A stretch of DNA of 45,834 bases from a virus. Taxonomy: Duplodnaviria; Caudoviricetes. Below, one piece after another: positions 8,301-17,454 of the stretch. The translations under genes were made by a program, and so were the position numbers. How positions within the stretch are numbered: the stretch's first letter is position 1; each line of letters opens with the position of its first letter. The DNA lies in IMG/VR virus record IMGVR_UViG_3300030372_004329, positions 1 to 45,834 of that record, one strand, 5' to 3'. The notes beneath the pieces are model-generated. The model was not told where the DNA came from and searched no databases. It worked only from the letters and a program-made list of their open reading frames with translations.

Positions 8301-8993
8301 ATGACCACCCTCACCGTAAACCTGCTGGACGACACGTCGGTTAATACCGCCTTGCGCGTTCTCGGCAACCTGACGCAGATGCCGTCGGAATCCCCGCGAA
8401 CCATGGAAATGACTGTCACGGACCCGCAGGCAGTCGCGCCCGAACCGGCGCCGACCGGCAACGAATCGGCGCCGACCGGCAACGAATCGGCGCCGACCGG
8501 CAACGAACCGGACACATCGCAGCCCGACACCAACGGACTAATGTGGAACGAAGCATTTTGCAGCAAGCCCGCCAGCCTGAACGCCGACGGTACATGGCGT
8601 GCTAAGCGCGGCAAGAAAGACGATTACGACGCCGCTGTCATTGCCGCGATCGCGCAGTCGATGCCTGAAGCGAAATCCCCGACCACACAGAACGAGACCG
8701 AACCGTCGCCAACGGCAACCATGCCGACGATGCCCGCCGCATCCATGCCCGCCGCGCCTGCACCGACGACCCCCGCCGCGCCCATCGAATACGACGCGAT
8801 GGCCCGTCGCTTCATGGCGATGATGGAATCTGGCGCGATTCAGGACTACAACGCCGTTTATCAGGCGCTGCAGATCGACTACCAGCAACTGGAAACGAAC
8901 CAGACCATGATTGCCGCACTGTGGCACTACATGGACGCCCTCGAATCCGGCGAGACCCACGACGCCGCGGTTCGCCACGCGCTGGGGTCGTGA
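8301..8993 (+). CDS. Hypothetical protein with Pro/Thr/Ala-rich linkers
   Basis: GAGG RBS; central LNADGTWRAKRG segment. Confidence 0.8.
   Translation: MTTLTVNLLDDTSVNTALRVLGNLTQMPSESPRTMEMTVTDPQAVAPEPAPTGNESAPTGNESAPTGNEPDTSQPDTNGLMWNEAFCSKPASLNADGTWRAKRGKKDDYDAAVIAAIAQSMPEAKSPTTQNETEPSPTATMPTMPAASMPAAPAPTTPAAPIEYDAMARRFMAMMESGAIQDYNAVYQALQIDYQQLETNQTMIAALWHYMDALESGETHDAAVRHALGS
8446..8510 (+). repeat. 21-bp tandem repeat x3 (APTGNES)
   Basis: CGGCGCCGACCGGCAACGAA(T) repeated in frame. Confidence 0.9.
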
Positions 8994-9247
8994 TGGACGT
9001 CGCCGGATATCTGCAGGAAGCGGCCTCTGCCGCTTCCGACATCGTCCGGAAACACCCGGTGTCGGTGCATCTGGACATCATCGTCACGGGCGTCCGGGTC
9101 GCAGTGATGCGACAGGACAAGTCCGATACTGACACGCCGTTCGTGCAGTCGGTGAATATCGTGACATGGGACGAAATTCGGCAGTCTACCGCGAACGAAA
9201 TCGCGGACCGCGTGCGGATCGCCGTTCAGGAGGTTTTACGGAAATGA
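8993..9247 (+). CDS. Hypothetical protein (MDVAGYLQEAAS...)
   Basis: TGATG overlap upstream, ATGA overlap downstream. Confidence 0.65.
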   Translation: MDVAGYLQEAASAASDIVRKHPVSVHLDIIVTGVRVAVMRQDKSDTDTPFVQSVNIVTWDEIRQSTANEIADRVRIAVQEVLRK

Positions 9248-10350
9248 CCGAAGATATCGTCACCCGACCGTCAGCCGCCCCGCGCTGGACCCGTTGCGCG
9301 CTGGCGCCGACCATGACGCAGCGATGCGGCGAACGCCCGGTGGGTGACGAGGCGCGCGAGGGAACGTGCGCGGCGTGGGTTGCGGAAATGGTGTTGACCG
9401 GACAGGCCGCCACGACTGCGGAACTGATCGGCGAGTCGCACGAAAACGGCTGGATCGTTGACGATGAAATGACGGGTCACGTTCAGGACTATGTCGACCT
9501 GATCCGCGGCATGTGCGGTAGCGTCTGGGCCGAGGTCCGTGTAGTGCTCGCGCCGACCGTCGCCGGAACGCTTGACGCAGCGGTTCTGCTGCCCGACGGG
9601 ACGCTGATCGTTCTGGACCTGAAATACGGCTTCAGAATCGTCAAGCCGACGTCCGAACAACTGGTGATCTACGCCGGTGCGCTCGCTCGGGGGCTCATTG
9701 AGTCAGGTGAGTACGTCACACGCGTCGTGACTGCAATCTACCAGCCGCGCGGGTTCGCATCGGGCGGGACATATCGAACACACGACTGGACGCTGGCCGA
9801 GTTGCACGACCGCTGTGACTGGATTATCGAGCGGGCCGCTGATTGTCGCGCGCCGAACCCGACCGCCACGCCTGGTCCGCATTGTCGCGACTGTGATGGC
9901 GCCGGTCGCGGATGTGACGCGCTCGCATCGACATCGGCGCAGATCATGGCGACGATACAGGACACCGACCACGGCGAATTGGACGCGGCTGGTCTGGCCC
10001 GGCAGCTGGAATTCTACCGCTGGGCGACCGACGTGATCAAAGCGGCATCGGACGGCGCGGAAACGGAAGCGATGGCGCGTCACAAATCGGGCGACACGCT
10101 GCCGGGTTACGGTTTGACGGAACGGATGGGTCAGACGAAAGTGACCGCATCCCGACAGGCGATCGAGGCACTGACTGGCGCGAAAATCCCGGTCAAGGAA
10201 AAGCCGCCTGCCGTCAAGGATTTGCGCGACGCAAAACTGTCCGATGCGCAAATCGCACTGTTCACACACCGCCCGTCGATCGGGTGGAAACTGGAACCGC
10301 TGGACCAGACCGAACTGGTGCGGCAATTCAAAGGGGTTGGGAATGTCTGA
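9244..10350 (+). CDS. DUF2800-family PD-(D/E)XK (Cas4/RecB-like) nuclease
   Basis: PSAAPRWTRC, EGTCA, GTLD..DLKYG, QL.IYA, PGPHCRDC. Confidence 0.8.
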   Translation: MTEDIVTRPSAAPRWTRCALAPTMTQRCGERPVGDEAREGTCAAWVAEMVLTGQAATTAELIGESHENGWIVDDEMTGHVQDYVDLIRGMCGSVWAEVRVVLAPTVAGTLDAAVLLPDGTLIVLDLKYGFRIVKPTSEQLVIYAGALARGLIESGEYVTRVVTAIYQPRGFASGGTYRTHDWTLAELHDRCDWIIERAADCRAPNPTATPGPHCRDCDGAGRGCDALASTSAQIMATIQDTDHGELDAAGLARQLEFYRWATDVIKAASDGAETEAMARHKSGDTLPGYGLTERMGQTKVTASRQAIEALTGAKIPVKEKPPAVKDLRDAKLSDAQIALFTHRPSIGWKLEPLDQTELVRQFKGVGNV

Positions 10351-10630
10351 CGATACGCCCGGGGTAGGGCACAACGACACCGTCGGTGCGGATCGGCTTC
10401 GGTCATTCATCGAACGTGTCGAACGTCTGGAAGAGGAAAAACAGGAGATTGCCGACCAGATCAAGGAAGTTTTTGCAGAGATCAAGGGCACCGGATACGA
10501 CGTCACGGCTGTCCGTGCGATCCTGAAACTTCGCAAACAAGACCCGGACAAGCTGGCCGAACAAGAGGCGGTCCTTGACCTGTATAAAGAGGCGTTGGAC
10601 ATGCCCGTCATGCCGCGCCCGACACGCTGA
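10343..10630 (+). CDS. gapR: GapR / DUF2312 (UPF0335) nucleoid-associated DNA-binding protein
   Basis: LRSFIERVERLEEEKQEIADQIKEVFAEIKGTGYD..LRK..E.EAVLDLYKEAL signature. Confidence 0.9.
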   Translation: MSDDTPGVGHNDTVGADRLRSFIERVERLEEEKQEIADQIKEVFAEIKGTGYDVTAVRAILKLRKQDPDKLAEQEAVLDLYKEALDMPVMPRPTR

Positions 10631-10658
10631 AACCCAAAGCCTGACAGGAGAAAACCAG

Positions 10659-11609
10659 ATGGCACAAGCACCGAAAGAATACTTCACGACGCCGGTCGGC
10701 CGCATCATCAGCGGCGACCCCTGGACGAAACAGACCACCGACGCGAACAACCGTCCGATTCCGGAAGAAAAGCAAAACTACTGGTTTGCACTGGCGGTCG
10801 AAAAGAACGCCCCGGGCATGAACGAACTGCTGGGCACGCTGCACAAGGCGGCATCGGCAGGATACGCCCACGCGCAGAACGTCATGGCGCAGGTCAACCA
10901 GGGGCTTGCCGCAACGGCGTTCAGCTGGAAGGTCGCCGACGGCGACGAACAGCGCCAGAACCCGACGACAGGGGCGATGGAAAACCGTTGGGCACACGGC
11001 GCCGGCTGTTGGGTTCTGAAGTTCTCGACGACTTTGCCGATCCGTCCGGCGAAATACCAGGGCAACGTTCCGACCGACTGCGCGACGTCCGAGATCAAGC
11101 GCGGGTATTACGTCCAGGTCGCAGGCTCGACCAGCGCGAACGGCAACACCGACCACACCGCCGGCATCTACCTGAACCCCCAGACCGTTTGCCTTGTCGG
11201 TTACGGTGAAGAAATCGTCGGTGGTCCGTCGCTCGACCAGCAGTTCACCGGCGGCCCGGGCGGTTATATGCCCGCCGGCATGACGCAGGCACCGCAGCCC
11301 CCGACCGGTGCACCCGGTGCCATGGGTCAGCCGCCCCAGCAGCCGCCGATGGGAAACCCGCAGGCTACCCCGGCACCGCAGCAGCCGCCTGCCTATGGCA
11401 GCGGGATGCCGTCGCCCAGCGCGCCGAATACGGCGACTGGATACCCTGGTGACCCGATGGGAAACGCACCGCAGCAGCCGACGCCCGCCGGCGGACCCTC
11501 GATGCCGCAGGGTGCCGGTGCGGGAATGCCGCAGCCGGGCGGAAATGCCCCTGACGGACAGCAGCCGCCGATGTATGGCGGCTATATGACCCCGCCGAAC
11601 GGTCAGTAA
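10659..11609 (+). CDS. ssDNA-binding protein (DUF2815-like) with long Pro/Gln/Gly-rich tail
   Basis: FTTPVGRI, FSWKVADGD, EIKRGYYVQV and GIYLN motifs; position between nuclease and polymerase. Confidence 0.7.
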   Translation: MAQAPKEYFTTPVGRIISGDPWTKQTTDANNRPIPEEKQNYWFALAVEKNAPGMNELLGTLHKAASAGYAHAQNVMAQVNQGLAATAFSWKVADGDEQRQNPTTGAMENRWAHGAGCWVLKFSTTLPIRPAKYQGNVPTDCATSEIKRGYYVQVAGSTSANGNTDHTAGIYLNPQTVCLVGYGEEIVGGPSLDQQFTGGPGGYMPAGMTQAPQPPTGAPGAMGQPPQQPPMGNPQATPAPQQPPAYGSGMPSPSAPNTATGYPGDPMGNAPQQPTPAGGPSMPQGAGAGMPQPGGNAPDGQQPPMYGGYMTPPNGQ

Positions 11610-11618
11610 GCGATAATG

Positions 11619-11645
11619 CGGGGCGGCTTCGGTCGCCTCGTCTCA
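11619..11645 (+). promoter_or_regulatory. Conserved UUCG-tetraloop hairpin element, copy 1
   Basis: CGGGGCGGCTTCGGTCGCCTCGTCTCA; 26/27 identical to 32252-32278 (-). Confidence 0.6.
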
Positions 11646-11660
11646 GGACAGGAGGGTGTG

Positions 11661-12050
11661 ATGTTGGTGCCGTTTGAAATTGAAAAGGTCGAATTGCATG
11701 ACAGACCGAATGACGCCGAAGGCGATGGCGTTTTCTGGCGTGCTGTTCGGTTCGGATACGAGGATGATCTGTCAATTCATCTTGAGAGGTGGGTTCTCGC
11801 AAAAAAGACACCAAAGGGCTGTTGGGTTCTGCCGGAATGGCTCGAAGGTGCTGAGAAGTATCGCGATGACTGGCGCACTTTTGCAAAATTGGTGATTTTT
11901 GATAGCCGTCGAAAGCATGTATATCCGACCAAAGATGAAGCGTTTGACGACCTGAAACGGAGAAATATCTGGTGGGGCAGATTTCTCAGACGCGATCTTG
12001 ACCGTTGTGAACGCATCAATAGGATACTGGAAGAGAGGGGTAAACAGTGA
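11661..12050 (+). CDS. Hypothetical protein, visibly lower GC than its neighbours
   Basis: GGAGG RBS; KTPKGCWV motif; GTGA overlap with the polymerase gene. Confidence 0.7.
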   Translation: MLVPFEIEKVELHDRPNDAEGDGVFWRAVRFGYEDDLSIHLERWVLAKKTPKGCWVLPEWLEGAEKYRDDWRTFAKLVIFDSRRKHVYPTKDEAFDDLKRRNIWWGRFLRRDLDRCERINRILEERGKQ

Positions 12051-14038
12051 CCAGCCCCGGCATCGGTCACTATCGTCCGCACATCGATTTCCCGTTCGAT
12101 ATCGAGTCATATCCGAACGTGTTCAGTGCCGTTTTTATCCGGCACGATACGGACACGATGTGGGTGTTCGAGGTCAGCGAGCGAAAGAACCAGTCGCGGC
12201 ATCTGATTGCGTTCCTGCATTGGCTGCGTGCGCATCCGGAAGTCCGCATGGTCGGGTTCAACTCGCTTGGATACGATTATCCGGTCCTGCACCATCTTCT
12301 AACGCAATTCCCGAACGGGTTCACCGCGGCGGACGTTTACCAGAAGTCCATGCAAATCATTGAAACCGACTGGAACGACCGGTTCCGCAATACCATCCGA
12401 CCGCGCGACGTGCTGATCCGCCAGGTCGATCTCATGAAGGTCCACCATTTTGACAACGCGGCGCGGTCAACGTCCCTGAAGAAAATCGAGATTGCGCAAC
12501 GGATGGACTGCGTGGCCGACCTGCCATATTCGCCCGGAACGGTGCTGACCGCCGCGCAGATCCCAGACCTGCTGGGCTACAACATCCACGATGTCCGGGC
12601 GACTGGCGAATTCCTGATTGAAAGCGCCGGCGCGCTGGAATTCCGCGACGAAATGTCGGCCGAACTTGGCGAGGATCTGACGAACGTGTCCGACACGAAC
12701 ATCGGGTCGAAGGTGTTCATCCACGAAATGGAACAGGTCAGCCCGGGAATCTGCGGACGTCCCGGATCGTGGCGGCAGACACCACGATCGCAGATCGCGC
12801 TGGCAGAATGCATCTTACCCACGGTCAGTTTTAGTCACCCCGAGTTTCGCCGCGTGCACGAATACCTGTCACGCCAGGTCATCACGAAGACGAAAGGCGT
12901 GTTCGACGGTCTGACGGCCAATGCGTTCGGCATGACGTTCGCTTTCGGAACCGGCGGAATTCATGGCGCGGTTGAGAACCGAACATGGCGGTCCACCCCT
13001 GAACGCGTCATCCAGGGGCGCGACGTGGCATCCTATTACCCGAACCTCGCGATCGCAAACCGCATTTACCCTGAACACCTGTCCGACGTGTTCTGCGACG
13101 TCTACAAGCGCCTGTATGATCGACGCATCGCGGTCGGCAAGAAAACGACACAGGGCGCCGCGATCAAGCTGGCGCTCAATGGCACCTATGGGAACAGTAA
13201 TTCGCAGTTTAGCCCGTTCTATGACCCGCAATACACGATGCGGATCACGATTAACGGTCAACTGTTGCTGTGCATGCTCGCCGAACGTCTGGCGGAGATC
13301 CCCACGCTTGAACTGATCCAGGTGAACACCGACGGCATCGAATACGCAGTCGACCGGATATGGGTCGGCGCGTGCGACCACGTCAGCGCGGAATGGGAAC
13401 GCATGACCGGCCTTGAACTTGAGGCGGAAAATTATGACCTGTTCGCACAGCGCGACGTCAACAATTACCTGTTGATCGACTCGGAAGGGGGCGTGAAATG
13501 TAAGGGCGCGTTCGAGTATCAGCACGCCATGGACCACCCCAAGCCGCAGGGGCAGCGCGACGGTTGGCATAAGAACCAGTCCGTCAAGATCATCGCCATG
13601 GCCGCCGAGGCGCTGATGGTTCACGGCACACCGATCGCAGAAACGGTCGAGAACTGTGACAACCCGTTCCTGTTCATGCACACCCTGAAGGTCCAGAAAA
13701 CCGACCGCGTGATGTTGGGCGGCGAGGTCGGCACCTATGAAGATCACCAGTCGCCGCCGGACGCCAAGGGTCGCCCTGTCAAGCGCAAGATACACCGCGG
13801 CGGTGTCGAACAGCAGAAGACGGGACGCTATTACATGACCCGCGACGGGGCGCCGCTGTTCAAGATCATGCCGCCGCTCGCCCGCTTGCCGCACCACTAT
13901 CGACCGCAGGCAATCCAGTCAGGGTTCATGGTCGCAATGTGCAATGACCTGCACGACTTCGATTGGTCTCGTCTGGACCGCGGGTGGTACGTCCGCGCCG
14001 CTGAAGACCTTGTGAAGTCGACCGGATTTTATGATTGA
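12047..14038 (+). CDS. Family B-like DNA polymerase with 3'-5' exonuclease domain
   Basis: ExoI DIE, ExoII GFNS..YD, ExoIII YN.HDV; polymerase motifs DVASYYPN, KLALNGTYG, NTDG. Confidence 0.9.
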   Translation: MTSPGIGHYRPHIDFPFDIESYPNVFSAVFIRHDTDTMWVFEVSERKNQSRHLIAFLHWLRAHPEVRMVGFNSLGYDYPVLHHLLTQFPNGFTAADVYQKSMQIIETDWNDRFRNTIRPRDVLIRQVDLMKVHHFDNAARSTSLKKIEIAQRMDCVADLPYSPGTVLTAAQIPDLLGYNIHDVRATGEFLIESAGALEFRDEMSAELGEDLTNVSDTNIGSKVFIHEMEQVSPGICGRPGSWRQTPRSQIALAECILPTVSFSHPEFRRVHEYLSRQVITKTKGVFDGLTANAFGMTFAFGTGGIHGAVENRTWRSTPERVIQGRDVASYYPNLAIANRIYPEHLSDVFCDVYKRLYDRRIAVGKKTTQGAAIKLALNGTYGNSNSQFSPFYDPQYTMRITINGQLLLCMLAERLAEIPTLELIQVNTDGIEYAVDRIWVGACDHVSAEWERMTGLELEAENYDLFAQRDVNNYLLIDSEGGVKCKGAFEYQHAMDHPKPQGQRDGWHKNQSVKIIAMAAEALMVHGTPIAETVENCDNPFLFMHTLKVQKTDRVMLGGEVGTYEDHQSPPDAKGRPVKRKIHRGGVEQQKTGRYYMTRDGAPLFKIMPPLARLPHHYRPQAIQSGFMVAMCNDLHDFDWSRLDRGWYVRAAEDLVKSTGFYD

Positions 14039-14063
14039 CGGGCCGGGGAATAGCGGGTAATAA
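14035..14063 (+). promoter_or_regulatory. Promoter TTGACG-N17-TAATAA with CGGGGAAT/CGGGTAAT boxes
   Basis: The -35 box overlaps the polymerase TGA; ATAGGAG RBS follows. Confidence 0.7.
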
Positions 14064-14089
14064 GAGGACATCAGATAGGAGAGACTGAC

Positions 14090-14341
14090 ATGAACCTCGC
14101 AGAACAGTACATCGCCGCAAAGTACGGAAACCCGACCCGCGCTGATCTGATCGCGCTTCGTAAAAAAGTCGGGGCAGAGATTGAGACCATCAAGGACGAA
14201 AAATCAGACGTCTTCCGCCGTTATACCGGCGTCCACGGACGGTTCCAAGAATCACAATTGGACGTGCTCGACATTCGCGAGCAAAAGGCATCGGCCATGT
14301 TTGACAACATCAGCGTTATGATCGGTCGCGCCTGCGCGTAA
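14090..14341 (+). CDS. Hypothetical protein
   Basis: Strong RBS and its own promoter. Confidence 0.7.
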   Translation: MNLAEQYIAAKYGNPTRADLIALRKKVGAEIETIKDEKSDVFRRYTGVHGRFQESQLDVLDIREQKASAMFDNISVMIGRACA

Positions 14342-14391
14342 CCTCAACAGCCCGGCCCAGCGCCGGGCGGCGCCCACAGGAGAACAGACCC

Positions 14392-14592
14392 ATGAACACC
14401 GCCGCAGATGTTGCACAGGACTTCGCCAGCCGTGAGTCTTCCCCGACGGGCATGACGCCGCGCCTTTACTTTTCGCGTGAACAGTGGGTCGAACTGCAAC
14501 GCTCATGCGGTCGGTCCCCGATGAAACTGAACTGCGGCGGATGGGTTGTCGAAATCTTCGTTCCGTCTCGGCTCATGGGGGTCCGCAAATGA
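14392..14592 (+). CDS. Hypothetical protein
   Basis: CAGGAG RBS; ATGA overlap with the next gene. Confidence 0.6.
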   Translation: MNTAADVAQDFASRESSPTGMTPRLYFSREQWVELQRSCGRSPMKLNCGGWVVEIFVPSRLMGVRK

Positions 14593-15098
14593 CCATCGAC
14601 ACCCTCGCTGACTGGTTCGCGCGCTGGTCCCGCTACATGCCGGCGCAGGCCGTCGAGGAATTCACGGCCTGCGCCGACCCATGTGCCGCGGTTATCCCTG
14701 AACCCTCCACGTCGTCGGAGGCACGTGTGCAGTCACAGGCACGCCTGACAGGATCGGCAGAATTCCGAACGCCCTTGTGGCGCAACAACAACGGCGCCAT
14801 GACGACGGACGACGGACGGCACGTCCGGTTCGGTCTGGGCAACGACAGCGCCGCCGTGAACAAGAAATGGAAGTCGGCGGACCTGATCGGAATTCGACCG
14901 GTGCTGATCATGCCGCACCATGTCGGCACGACGGTCGGCCAGTTTACGGCCGCCGAAGTCAAGGCGCCCGGATGGCGTCTGCAGCCGTCGGACAAACGCG
15001 CCCAGGCGCAATCTGCATTCATCAGGTCCGTCCAGTCGTTCGGCGGACGGGCCGGGTTCATTCAATCTGAAGATGACATCAGGAGACTTCTTTCATGA
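14589..15098 (+). CDS. VRR-NUC-like endonuclease
   Basis: SEARVQ, WRNNNG, RFGL, SADLIG, EVK, Q..F...V...GG.AGF. Confidence 0.8.
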   Translation: MTIDTLADWFARWSRYMPAQAVEEFTACADPCAAVIPEPSTSSEARVQSQARLTGSAEFRTPLWRNNNGAMTTDDGRHVRFGLGNDSAAVNKKWKSADLIGIRPVLIMPHHVGTTVGQFTAAEVKAPGWRLQPSDKRAQAQSAFIRSVQSFGGRAGFIQSEDDIRRLLS

Positions 15099-15355
15099 CA
15101 CCAAGGATCGAAGCTTATGCGTTCATGATCTGGCGGTTTGCCGCGGCGCGCGACTGGAACGTCAATTATGACGAGATCGCCCGCGCGACCGGTCTAGGAC
15201 GAAACGAAATCGGTCGCGCAATATACGTCAAAGGATGGGGCGGACGCATCCGATCCGCGAGGGGACGAGAACTGATCCGGCGCGCGAATGCCTTTCGGAC
15301 CAGTCCGCACAACATTGACCCGAACCTGTACGAACTGACCGACCTTATTCGATAG
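15095..15355 (+). CDS. Hypothetical protein, possible HTH
   Basis: YDEIARATGLGRNEIGRAI; last gene of the rightward operon. Confidence 0.6.
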   Translation: MTPRIEAYAFMIWRFAAARDWNVNYDEIARATGLGRNEIGRAIYVKGWGGRIRSARGRELIRRANAFRTSPHNIDPNLYELTDLIR

Positions 15356-15923
15356 GCTGGCGGTGCGATTTCCAGTCGGCAAGCGCCGGGTTGTCCGTGG
15401 TCTCGATAGCCGACAACGACAGATCCGCGTCACTCGTCTGCGCTTGCCCGATCTCGTCCCGCGCCTTGCCGATTTCCTCGATCTCACGCACTGCGGCGAC
15501 CGTGTCCCGAACGCGGTCTGGCTGCACCGCACGCATGTCGCGGGATTTCTGGATCTCGCGCGCGCCGAAATAGAACCCGACGACGGCGCCCAGCAGCCAC
15601 CACATCGGTTCCGGCATGGCCGCCAGTCCCGTCATGCGGGCAGCGAACCAGACGGGATCGACCATCGCCGTTACGAACAGCCCGATCGTTCCGAACGCCA
15701 TGAGTGGGCGCGGCAGGCGGTTCAGGCCGTCGATCAGGCTGTCGAACCAGGTGCGGCGCTGGGCGGCGAATTCCGCGGCGAACTGCTGCATCGCCGCCGC
15801 CTGCGCGTCGTGCGCGCGCTGGGCGTTGTGTTCGGCGTTTGCACGGAACACCTCGGCCGTCTCGGCTACGACGTTGCGCCCGTTCCCGAACACGGTCGAC
15901 AACAGGCGACCCATCACCCCCAT
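15345..15923 (-). CDS. Holin, GTA-type 3TM family
   Basis: NVVAETAEVFR, FDSLIDGLNRLPRP, DPVWFAARM.GL..PEP.WWLLGAVV.FYFGAR. Confidence 0.85.
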   Translation of the reverse strand: MGVMGRLLSTVFGNGRNVVAETAEVFRANAEHNAQRAHDAQAAAMQQFAAEFAAQRRTWFDSLIDGLNRLPRPLMAFGTIGLFVTAMVDPVWFAARMTGLAAMPEPMWWLLGAVVGFYFGAREIQKSRDMRAVQPDRVRDTVAAVREIEEIGKARDEIGQAQTSDADLSLSAIETTDNPALADWKSHRQPIE

Positions 15924-16528
15924 GACGCCACCCGTGCGCGGAACTCGGCGTCCGTCATGTGGTATTTCGGCGAAATGAATTCCTCGGCCCTCTTAATCCA
16001 GCCGCCTTTGCCACCGGCGCGCGTGCGGGCATATTTGCGCGACGCCGTCCGACGATCAGCGATCCTGAAATAATAGTTCCGGCGTGCGATGCCGTAAGCG
16101 TCCCGGATGTGGTTCGGCGCATCAGCGGCAGCGGCGCGGACAGCGGCCAGGGTCTTCGGACCGATCACACCGTCGGCAGTGGTCCGATAGCCCATGTCGG
16201 TGACGAGACGTTGCAGGATCTTCACCGAGTTCGCGCCGGCGTTGACGTTCATGTCGAACACCGTGTCGACCAGCATCGGCGGCAACTGGTCGATTTTCGG
16301 GTCGCGCAGATAGTGCTTCAGGAAGATGTCGACTGCGTGTTCTTTCGTCAGACGCTTGACGTCGTTCGTATCGACATCGCCATCACCGTCAAGGTCAATG
16401 CCGAGACGGCGCATCGTCCCGATCGTCACGCCCCATTTCGTGGCGCCGCCCGGATCGTCAGGGTCGTTCACATAACCGCCTTCACGTCCGACGATTTCTT
16501 CGGCGATCTCTCGGGGGTCTGTGGTCAT
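15914..16528 (-). CDS. Endolysin, GH108 N-acetylmuramidase with peptidoglycan-binding domain
   Basis: EGGYVNDPDDPGGATKWGVT, FDMNVNAG, DGVIGPKT, KGGWIKRAEEF. Confidence 0.9.
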   Translation of the reverse strand: MTTDPREIAEEIVGREGGYVNDPDDPGGATKWGVTIGTMRRLGIDLDGDGDVDTNDVKRLTKEHAVDIFLKHYLRDPKIDQLPPMLVDTVFDMNVNAGANSVKILQRLVTDMGYRTTADGVIGPKTLAAVRAAAADAPNHIRDAYGIARRNYYFRIADRRTASRKYARTRAGGKGGWIKRAEEFISPKYHMTDAEFRARVASWG

Positions 16529-16968
16529 CTGTATTTCCTTACCTGTTTGCGAAGGAAGTTCCGAAACCGGGCGGCGTTCTGAGACGGCGGGTATGTCGCC
16601 CAGGACAGGAACCACGGCCACTTCCGTTGATCTTCCCGCGGGATCAGCATGTGTGCCGCCAGCAGGCCGGAGTGCGTCGCGACGATGATCAGCAGCGATC
16701 GCACGGCATTGATCGAGTCGGGTCCGCCAAGAGATGCGACCAGCGAGCGCCATTCATTGTAGCTGAAGAACGCGGAAAACACATCCCAGAAACCGATGGA
16801 CGCCGCCAGGGCTGTCAGGGCACCGACCCACGCGATCGAGAAATGACGCAGCAGTCCGTTGCGCGACGGCATGAAAACCATTCGACCCCAGACATAGATA
16901 TTCGCCATCAGGCCGAACCACGCGACGCATGCGAGCGCGGTTGCAAGGTCAATGCTCGCCATTCTCAT
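16525..16968 (-). CDS. Membrane protein with about 3 TM segments, in the lysis cassette
   Basis: Three hydrophobic stretches; ATGA overlap with the endolysin. Confidence 0.7.
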   Translation of the reverse strand: MRMASIDLATALACVAWFGLMANIYVWGRMVFMPSRNGLLRHFSIAWVGALTALAASIGFWDVFSAFFSYNEWRSLVASLGGPDSINAVRSLLIIVATHSGLLAAHMLIPREDQRKWPWFLSWATYPPSQNAARFRNFLRKQVRKYR

Positions 16969-17140
16969 TCCCTTTACGTCGAGCATCTGCAAATGCGTCC
17001 AGCAGCTTGGAAATATCCCGACGTTCGTTTTGCACCGCGACTATAGCACGGTCCCGTTCCACCTGCATCACGGCCATTTTGCGGTCGTCCACGGGCGCAC
17101 GGCGGCGCAGCCTATCGAACACATTACCGACCACGTCCAT
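16949..17140 (-). CDS. Hypothetical protein
   Basis: AGGAGG RBS before ATG 17140. Confidence 0.65.
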   Translation of the reverse strand: MDVVGNVFDRLRRRAPVDDRKMAVMQVERDRAIVAVQNERRDISKLLDAFADARRKGNENGEH

Positions 17141-17378
17141 ACGCCTCCTGAATCGCCCTTTCGAGCGCAACTTTTACCCCTGATGTGACCTCAACGATTT
17201 CGCGGGACAGGTTGTTCGTGGCATCGGCGTGTTCGCGCCAGTCTTCCAGGCGCTTGTCTTGCAGGTCGTTGTTCCGTCGACGTTCCTGCACATACCCCCA
17301 TGCAAGCGCGACGATGACGATCGCCCCCAGCGGACCGATCGTCTCTGTCAGTGCCGTGAATATGACGGTCAGGTCCAT
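17124..17378 (-). CDS. Single-TM protein with coiled-coil tail (holin- or spanin-like)
   Basis: N-terminal hydrophobic helix, then a charged heptad-like region; GGAG RBS. Confidence 0.65.
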   Translation of the reverse strand: MDLTVIFTALTETIGPLGAIVIVALAWGYVQERRRNNDLQDKRLEDWREHADATNNLSREIVEVTSGVKVALERAIQEAYGRGR

Positions 17379-17454
17379 GTTAGGTCTCTCCCCGCGGTTT
17401 TTAAGTCAGCCCGAAGCCCGGTTCGACGTCGACCAGGGGTTCAGGTCCGCCACA

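Noticed and set aside
9244-10350. Cas4 as part of a CRISPR system
   Set aside because: No array or other cas genes; it is a typical phage replication-module nuclease.
14350-14369. GCCCGGC/GCCGGGC hairpin as a terminator
   Set aside because: No U-tract on either strand; it may be only a stability hairpin.
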